Assembly (NCBI RefSeq): GCF_001194135.2
Contig: NC_068997.1
Coordinates: 29,996,670-30,038,402, forward strand
DNA: 41,733 nt
Source: Octopus bimaculoides
Taxonomy: Eukaryota
Direction: 5' to 3'
Under the pieces are notes generated by a model. It saw nothing but the letters and a program-made list of their open reading frames with translations, ran no database searches and was not told the DNA's origin. Below, one piece after another: positions 33,880-41,733 of the stretch. The first letter of the stretch is position 1. Each line of letters starts with the position of its first letter. A program made the translations under genes and the position numbers.

Positions 33880-34780
33880 TTCTTACAGATGTCATTGTGG
33901 TGCTGTTCAAAGGCTCAGAAGCAGTTGATGTGCCTTCAAGCTCACTTCGGTGGTTAAGGCTGGGTAATTTATTCCTAATGAAGTGTACCATCGTGATTCT
34001 GAACTTGACTGCGACCGTTCCCCTTGCTTGGATCTGTCCCCACTCTCCAGTACTAGGGTGGACAAATCCCCACCACATTGCTGGTGGTGTTGGAAAACGG
34101 CACTGGGTGGTGTGGCCTGTGGAGACGCTCCTTTCCTCCTCTAACGTGCAGCTGTCTTTTGGGCGATCCTATGTATGTCCCCCTCCAAGATCACGTCATG
34201 TGGTACACCTCATGAGATGTAAAACAGCGCTGGACGCTCTCCGTTGGCTGCCTTGCAATCATTGGACAATGGTTCTAGCAGCATGTGTCCGGTGCGTTGT
34301 TGGTGAGTGAGAGATAGTGTCTAAGGGTGTGGTTTCGTCTCATGATTTTGAAGAGGAGACCAGAGATTTTGATCGGGATGTCAACCTCCATGCAGTGAGC
34401 GAGAATGCCCTACAACCGTATCACTTTTCTTGGCAAACCTATCGGGAACTCTTCTACTTGTCTTTTGGTGATCACCTCAACCCATCTACTTCTGGAGTCC
34501 AACAGGGTAACCCACTTGGTCCTGCTCTATTGGTATTGGGCATTGGCGATGTTACCTAGAAGATAGCCGACCGAGACTTAAGTATCAGGAACCTCAATGA
34601 CGCTTGTTTGAGAGGCCCTGCTGACAAGATGTTTGCATCTGCGAGGACAATGATCGAAGAACTTGGTTCTAAGAACTTTGGATTAACAGCTCCAAATGCG
34701 AGCTCTGGCTTATCAAACATCCAGCTTTACATGAGCAGACTATTAAACTATTTATTGACTGCCCAACCTCTATCGCGGTT
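33880..34780 (+). mobile_element. Degenerate CRE-clade-like non-LTR RT fragment
   Basis: FSWQTY..LSFGDHL..SGVQQGNPLGPALL motif resembles the GVQQGDPLGP of CRE-type RTs; many stops. Confidence 0.6.
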
Positions 34781-34799
34781 CATCCTTCAACAGCCCAAG

Positions 34800-34890
34800 A
34801 TTATAGTAGAAGACTCCTGCTCATGTTGCCACGCAGTGGGACTGAACCCAGAACCATGTCGTTGGGGAACAAGCTCCTTACCATATAGTC
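34800..34890 (-). mobile_element. 5' head of a second SINE family
   Basis: Reverse complement reads GGTAAGGAGCTTG..GGTTCTGGGTTCAGTCCCACTGCGTGGCA (A/B-box-like). Confidence 0.6.
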
Positions 34891-35157
34891 ACACATATAT
34901 AAAACACACACACACACACATGTGCACACACACACACGCAGACACAATATGTCAAACAGGAGTGATCAATAATTGTATATTTGTTTAGTCCATCAATTTA
35001 CATCTCTTATGGCCAAGTTTCACTCAATCATTTGGTAGAGAGTAAAGGAAACAATTGGGGGTGGCATAATAGTCTAAAGCTTTTGAAGGTGACACCTCAG
35101 TACTGTCTAAATAGACTGACTAAAAGTCCCCAAAATATGAAACGAATTTGCACTTAC

Positions 35158-35388
35158 TTCTGTTTATTTCAGTGTAAACGTCACCTTTGAGGTAACGCAA
35201 ACCTGCATTGGTATGGTTATGAGTTGACATGTAGCAAGCTTTCAAATGAAAGGTGTAGTCAAACGATTGACAGGTTGGTTCTGCTTCACATCCGTAGAAA
35301 CACTGCATGTAATGAATGCCATACGTGACACCCAAATCATTCGTACCCAAAACATAACCGTTGTAAACGAAATCCACAGGACATCTTC
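35158..35388 (-). CDS. Copy B internal exon: PAN/Apple domain (RCPVDFV...CFYGCEAEPTCQSFDY...ACYMS...YTEINR)
   Basis: TTCTTTCAG acceptor, GTAAGT donor, 231 nt phase 1-1; ~32 of 76 aa identical to exon 1142-1369, all five Cys conserved. Confidence 0.9.
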
Positions 35389-35521
35389 CTGAAAGAATAA
35401 AACAGATAAATGAACGTTTTGGTTCGGTTTTCTTAATTGTGGTGGGCTGCTTTTATGGTGAAGTGTTTTATTGATTTAGAGAAATGAGAAATATTAAATA
35501 TATAAATATATTGGGTAAAGA

Positions 35522-36241
<720 letters not shown>

Positions 36242-36723
36242 AATAATAATAATAATAATTGCAAGAACACTATAGTTTTCTATGTTCGGGCATACAAACG
36301 ATCATCTTTAAAAACATTAAAAACCGTTAATATTTACAACTTCTGTGAATACCTACTCTTTCCTTTCTGCTTGAATATTCGAAAATGCAAACATCCTTTT
36401 TATTGCAAGAAAACTACAGTTTTCTCTGTTTGTATATACAAACGATCATCTTTAGAAAATTTTAAACTTTGATATCTACAATTGTGTGTGAAAATTTTAC
36501 CCTTTTTTTCTCACTGACTACGCGAATATGTAAACATACCTTTTCTTGCAACAAATCAAACGCACGATATAAATAAAGGAGATAAGCACCTGGCAATATA
36601 TACAAACTGCACAATTACGAAAACTATAAACCACAGAAAAACCTATAAAAAGAAAAAGAAAATTCAAAAAATCCCGCCACAATCGCCCCAAAATTAAAAA
36701 ATTCAACGATGTAAACGTCACTA

Positions 36724-36764
<41 letters not shown>

Positions 36765-37583
36765 NNNNNNNNNNNNNNNNNNNNNNNNNNNNNNNNNNNN
36801 NNNNNNNNNNNNNNNNNNNNNNNNNNNNNNNNNNNNNNNNNNNNNNNNNNNNNNNNNNNNNNNNNNNNNNNNNNNNNNNNNNNNNNNNNNNNNNNNNNNN
36901 NNNNNNNNNNNNNNNNNNNNNNNNNNNNNNNNNNNNNNNNNNNNNNNNNNNNNNNNNNNNNNNNNNNNNNNNNNNNNNNNNNNNNNNNNNNNNNNNNNNN
37001 NNNNNNNNNNNNNNNNNNNNNNNNNNNNNNNNNNNNNNNNNNNNNNNNNNNNNNNNNNNNNNNNNNNNNNNNNNNNNNNNNNNNNNNNNNNNNNNNNNNN
37101 NNNNNNNNNNNNNNNNNNNNNNNNNNNNNNNNNNNNNNNNNNNNNNNNNNNNNNNNNNNNNNNNNNNNNNNNNNNNNNNNNNNNNNNNNNNNNNNNNNNN
37201 NNNNNNNNNNNNNNNNNNNNNNNNNNNNNNNNNNNNNNNNNNNNNNNNNNNNNNNNNNNNNNNNNNNNNNNNNNNNNNNNNNNNNNNNNNNNNNNNNNNN
37301 NNNNNNNNNNNNNNNNNNNNNNNNNNNNNNNNNNNNNNNNNNNNNNNNNNNNNNNNNNNNNNNNNNNNNNNNNNNNNNNNNNNNNNNNNNNNNNNNNNNN
37401 NNNNNNNNNNNNNNNNNNNNNNNNNNNNNNNNNNNNNNNNNNNNNNNNNNNNNNNNNNNNNNNNNNNNNNNNNNNNNNNNNNNNNNNNNNNNNNNNNNNN
37501 NNNNNNNNNNNNNNNNNNNNNNNNNNNNNNNNNNNNNNNNNNNNNNNNNNNNNNNNNNTGCATATAAATATATATATATATAT

Positions 37584-37800
37584 ACTAGCAGTATAACCCG
37601 ACGTTGTCCGGGTGTGACTCATTACGCCATCTACGATAAGTCTTGCTATGTGAAAATCAACTAAAAAAGAAAGCCTTACAACGAAAAAACCCTTATGATG
37701 TAAATATGTTCATAATTCAAAAGACGATGAAATTAATAGGGAAAGTCTGAAGGCTGTTTTGCGTAACATTATTAAGTGTACGTAAATTTCATCCGTCTAA
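37584..37800 (+). mobile_element. Possible non-autonomous Helitron/Helentron-like repeat end in (TA)n
   Basis: ACTAGCAGTATAACCCGACGTTGTCCGGG start with a CCCG/CGGG hairpin; extent uncertain. Confidence 0.35.
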
Positions 37801-38094
37801 TTGGCTATACAGATGCTTGTGCAAAACAACTTTTTGCGCTGCCCTGATTATATATAGCACGGTAATCCCTTTTCCCAGGTGCTAGGACGGCAATTTCTGA
37901 TGAAGCAATTGCTGGCGATCTGTTGCTACACAGTTCTGGAATGTGGTGAATTGATGCAGTCTGTTGCTGTATTTTTAAACCGGTTGCTTTCTTTCCCCAG
38001 CAAGCTCTCTTCTTTGGAAGCATAATCTATGTACATATTAAACAGAACAACAAACGTTATAACAGATGGCAGGGTCGGTAGTTTTCACATTTTG

Positions 38095-38355
38095 GTAATT
38101 TTTCAGATTAACACCCGCACGATTACGTAACCCTAACCTTAAAACCCTAAACCTAACCCTAATCCTAACCCTAACCCTAACCCTAAACCTAACCCTAACC
38201 CTGACCCTAAAACCGTAACCGTAACACTAACCCTAATCCTAACCCTAACCCTAACCCTAACCCTAAACCGTAACCCTAAAACCCCATCCCTGACCCTAAA
38301 ACCCTAACCCTAACACCCTAGTGAAAATCGTGCGGGTGTTAATCTGAAAAATTAC
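38095..38355. mobile_element. MITE with perfect 30-bp TIRs, 10-bp TSD and a telomere-like (CCCTAA)n core
   Basis: TIRs 38095-38124 and 38326-38355; TCACATTTTG at 38085-38094 and 38356-38365. Confidence 0.9.
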
Positions 38356-38599
38356 TCACATTTTGCAATGTGTTGTCCTGTCTACATAAGCTCCGTAGTT
38401 TGTGTCTGTTCAAAACATTGACGAACATGGGTTATATTGTAGTGAATGCGTGTGTGTATGCGTTTGAGAGAGCGAGAGAGAAGAGGGAGAGAAGAAGAGA
38501 GAGAGAGAGAGAGAGAGAGAGGGGGAGAAAGGAATAGAGAACAGGAGCAATGAAGAGAGAGAAAGAAAGGAAGGAAGAACAGAATACAGTTATGAAATA

Positions 38600-39440
38600 G
38601 GGTGAAACTGAAGCGTGTGACCCGATGACAAAAAAAATTAGTCTAATAGGTGTAAAACAACTTGCTGGGAACAAATATGAAGAAAAAAATGCGCGCTCAC
38701 GAACGGGCTAGGAACATTAACATTGTGAATGTTCCGAGACGCCTCACCGGAGCCAAGAAACAAAAGAAAAATAGTGTAATAGATGTAAAACAACTTGCTC
38801 TGAAAGAATATCAAGAACACACACACACACACACACACACANNNNNNNNNNNNNNNNNNNNNNNNNNNNNNNNNNNNNNNNNNNNNNNNNNNNNNNNNNN
38901 NNNNNNNNNNNNNNNNNNNNNNNNNNNNNNNNNNNNNNNNNNNNNNNNNNNNNNNNNNNNNNNNNNNNNNNNNNNNNNNNNNNNNNNNNNNNNNNNNNNN
39001 NNNNNNNNNNNNNNNNNNNNNNNNNNNNNNNNNNNNNNNNNNNNNNNNNNNNNNNNNNNNNNNNNNNNNNNNNNNNNNNNNNCAGCAAGTTGTTTTACAC
39101 CTATTACACTAATTACTTTTTGCTTTTGAGCTCGGGTCAAACACTATAGTTTAGAGGCCATGGACTGACGATGTGTGACGATGTGAATGTTCCGAGTCCT
39201 CTCGCCACCTCGCCTTTCGCGAGAGCGCATTTTTTTTTCATATTCGTTCAGAGCAAGTCGTTTTACATCTATTACACTATTTCTCTTTTGTTTCTTAGCT
39301 CCGGTGAATGTTCCGAGTCCTCTCCCCACCTCCCCGTTCGCGAGGACGCATTTTTTTCTTCATATTCGCTCCCAGCAAGTTGTTTTACACCTATTAGACT
39401 AATTTTTTTTCATCTTTGTCACCGGGTCAAACGCTTTTTC
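38600..39440. repeat. Inverted pair of a ~220-bp complex repeat around (CA)n and a gap
   Basis: 38600-38815 is the reverse complement of ~39205-39440; subunit GTAAAACAACTTGCT recurs. Confidence 0.75.
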
Positions 39441-39876
39441 ATAACATAGAAACGTAAAAAGACACACAACCACACATACATGATCTGTGACAACAACATA
39501 CACATAAACACATACACACATCAACATTATAAATATAAGATTTAGTTCCTGTGTGTTTTGAAAAAATCTGTTATCTCTGTTGCTCTCACTTTTTGCACCG
39601 TCGCTAGAAGGGGACTGAACTCATGTTTGCAAATAATGGCAACTTGAATATTGTTAGAATTTATGGTTTAAAATTATTTTTAATGCAAAAATTCACGTGT
39701 TAAGAAGCAACCAAAAAAAACAACAACAAAGAAATGGCCGATTCCGGGCATTTTCGACCATGAGGAATCCATTGGTGCGACTCCCAGATTGCTATCTTGT
39801 AAGGTGTGGATTTCTATAGATGCAACACACACCCACACCCACACACACACACAAACTCAGCTATATAGATATAGAT

Positions 39877-40886
39877 ATACATGTTCATATAATACATACA
39901 TATGTACACACACACATATATATATACACATATATATTCACGCATACATACACATACACACACACATAATACATACATACATATATACATACATACATAC
40001 ATACATACATACACATACATATATGTGTACTCACATACACACGATAGAACCCAAATTAGGACACCCAACACGTCTATAAAACATAACTTAAACATTACTT
40101 TCAATTTAACTTAACATAAGCATTACTTCCAACTATGTTCAATACATTGTGCTCCCATAACATTATACCTTTGATTTCATTGCTCCTTCTTAACTCCATC
40201 TCCTTCACTTGTTGCCTTTATTTTCTTCAGCAAAGATAGGAGTAATTTATCCTGTTTAGGCTATGTTAGTGGCATTATTCTGCGTCTGAGAATTTTAAAT
40301 ATCTTCTTTAACTCTCTTAGACATATCTAAGATTCTGAAAGCAATCTTAGTTCGTTTGTTTACGTTTATCGTAAGATGAATTCAAAACATATAAATATTT
40401 TCTTCTACCTACTTTATTACGTATAAAATACTGTTCCGCACAAAATAGATCCCTTCACTTTATTTATTGGTAAACTCTTGCATCAACAAATATAGAGCGT
40501 GAATATCGAAGTAAACTTTGGTAATAATATTAACTTAGTTTAAACAAGTAATCTTTACTCCTTTAACCCCGTATTTTTCCCCATCTGATTTCCATTTCAC
40601 TTAACAACACAATCTCTCTCTTTAGATCAATAGACCATCCATCACCTTTATATATTGTCATACACTTAATATCTTACTAGTTCATACAAGCATCATTCTC
40701 CTATACATATAACATTACCACACGTCTTTAATCTTTATTACCTTAATTTTTATTACCACACGTCTATCGTGTGTATGTGCGTACACATATATGTATGTGT
40801 ATGTATGTATGTATGTATGTGTGTACGTGTATGTATGTGTGAATATATGTGTGTGCATATGTATGTATGTATATGAACATGTGTAT
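39877..40886. repeat. Inverted pair of complex microsatellite-like arms
   Basis: 39877-40047 vs 40764-40886 share non-trivial words (ATGTTCATATA, ATATGTGTAC.CACATACACACGATAG). Confidence 0.65.
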
Positions 40887-41247
40887 ATATATATATATAT
40901 ATATATATNNNNNNNNNNNNNNNNNNNNNNNNNNNNNNNNNNNNNNNNNNNNNNNNNNNNNNNNNNNNNNNNNNNNNNNNNNNNNNNNNNNNNNNNNNNN
41001 NNNNNNNNNNNNNNNNNNNNNNNNNNNNNNNNNNNNNNNNNNNNNNNNNNNNNNNNNNNNNNNNNNNNNNNNNNNNNNNNNNNNNNNNNNNNNNNNNNNN
41101 NNNNNNNNNNNNNNNNNNNNNNNNNNNNNNNNNNNNNNNNNNNNNNNNNNNNNNNNNNNNNNNNNNNNNNNNNNNNNNNNNNNNNNNNNNNNNNNNNNNN
41201 ATATTTGTTTTGCAAGATTTTTGATGTGAAATCGTGTGTTGAAACAG

Positions 41248-41586
41248 ATGTTGTTGTACTTGGGGATGGTCATATTGCCAGTTTAGCCAATAAAAACACA
41301 CGCACTGTATATTTGGTGTTAATTTGCTTCAGCTTTATATTACATTAATCTTAATCTTATTTCGCCAGAGTTCTTTCGTCACACCTTTAGCAAGGTGAGA
41401 CACACATAAGAAGGAAGGAAACAAAGGACCACTGATGAGGTCACAGAAGTGTGACGAAAGAACTCTGGCCGAAATAAGATTAAGATTGATGTAATATAAA
41501 GCTGAAGCAAATTAACACCAAATATACAGTGCGTGTGTCTTTATTGGCTAAACTGGCAATATGACCATCCCCAAGTACAACAACAT
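41248..41586. mobile_element. Inverted pseudo-LTR pair of a Penelope-like or retrozyme-like element
   Basis: Arms 41248-41384 and 41449-41586 differ at only ~3 positions; a hammerhead motif overlaps the right arm. Confidence 0.75.
41426..41470 (+). ncRNA. Minimal type I hammerhead ribozyme
   Basis: GGACCA CTGATGA G GTCACA GAAG TGTGAC GAAA G AA CTC TGGCC: intact core, 6-bp stem II, stem I CCA/TGG, very short stem III. Confidence 0.7.
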
Positions 41587-41733
41587 ATATATATATTTAC
41601 ATATATATATTTAATTATATATAAAGGGCATTAACTGTGTATCAATGCCTCACGCTATCGAGGGACTAAATAAGTAAAAACAACTACCAAAAATAAGCAA
41701 CATATTTACCGAAAGCGAGGGAATGCAGCTTTT

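Noticed and set aside
36261-36484. ~80-bp direct repeat with a period of ~145 bp
   Set aside because: Looks like an ordinary old local duplication with no coding or structural signal
37805-38023. 72-aa minus ORF as an upstream exon of copy B
   Set aside because: No PAN or signal-peptide features and no consistent splice pair; the phase-1 frame hits a stop

Overview
AT-rich, gap- and microsatellite-riddled animal DNA. The SINE and LINE families look like those of Octopus (inference from recalled repeat sequences, not a search). The window is mostly transposon debris: R4/Dong-like and other RLE LINEs, Tx1/L1, CRE, Penelope-like elements, mariner/Tc1/pogo, SINEs and a MITE. Within it sits a three-copy cluster of a spliced gene for a probably extracellular tandem PAN/Apple-domain protein. 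Copy A (+) has exons 1142-1369, 3132-3218 and 3965-4155. Copy C (+) has exons 18765-18851 and 19572-19762, with no upstream PAN exon visible. Copy B (-) has exons 35388-35158, 29034-28939 and 27004-26814. The junctions are phase 1 with canonical AG/GT, and all frames and cysteines are intact. C and B form a tail-to-tail inverted duplication. A is a patchwork, C-like upstream and B-like downstream. Other notable items are two hammerhead-ribozyme motifs in Penelope-type terminal repeats, a MITE with perfect 30-bp TIRs, a 10-bp TSD and a (CCCTAA)n core, microsatellite-abutting RLE retroelements, and a SINE/Tx1 shared 3' tail. The 5' exons and start codons of the genes could not be located. Identity figures are manual counts.
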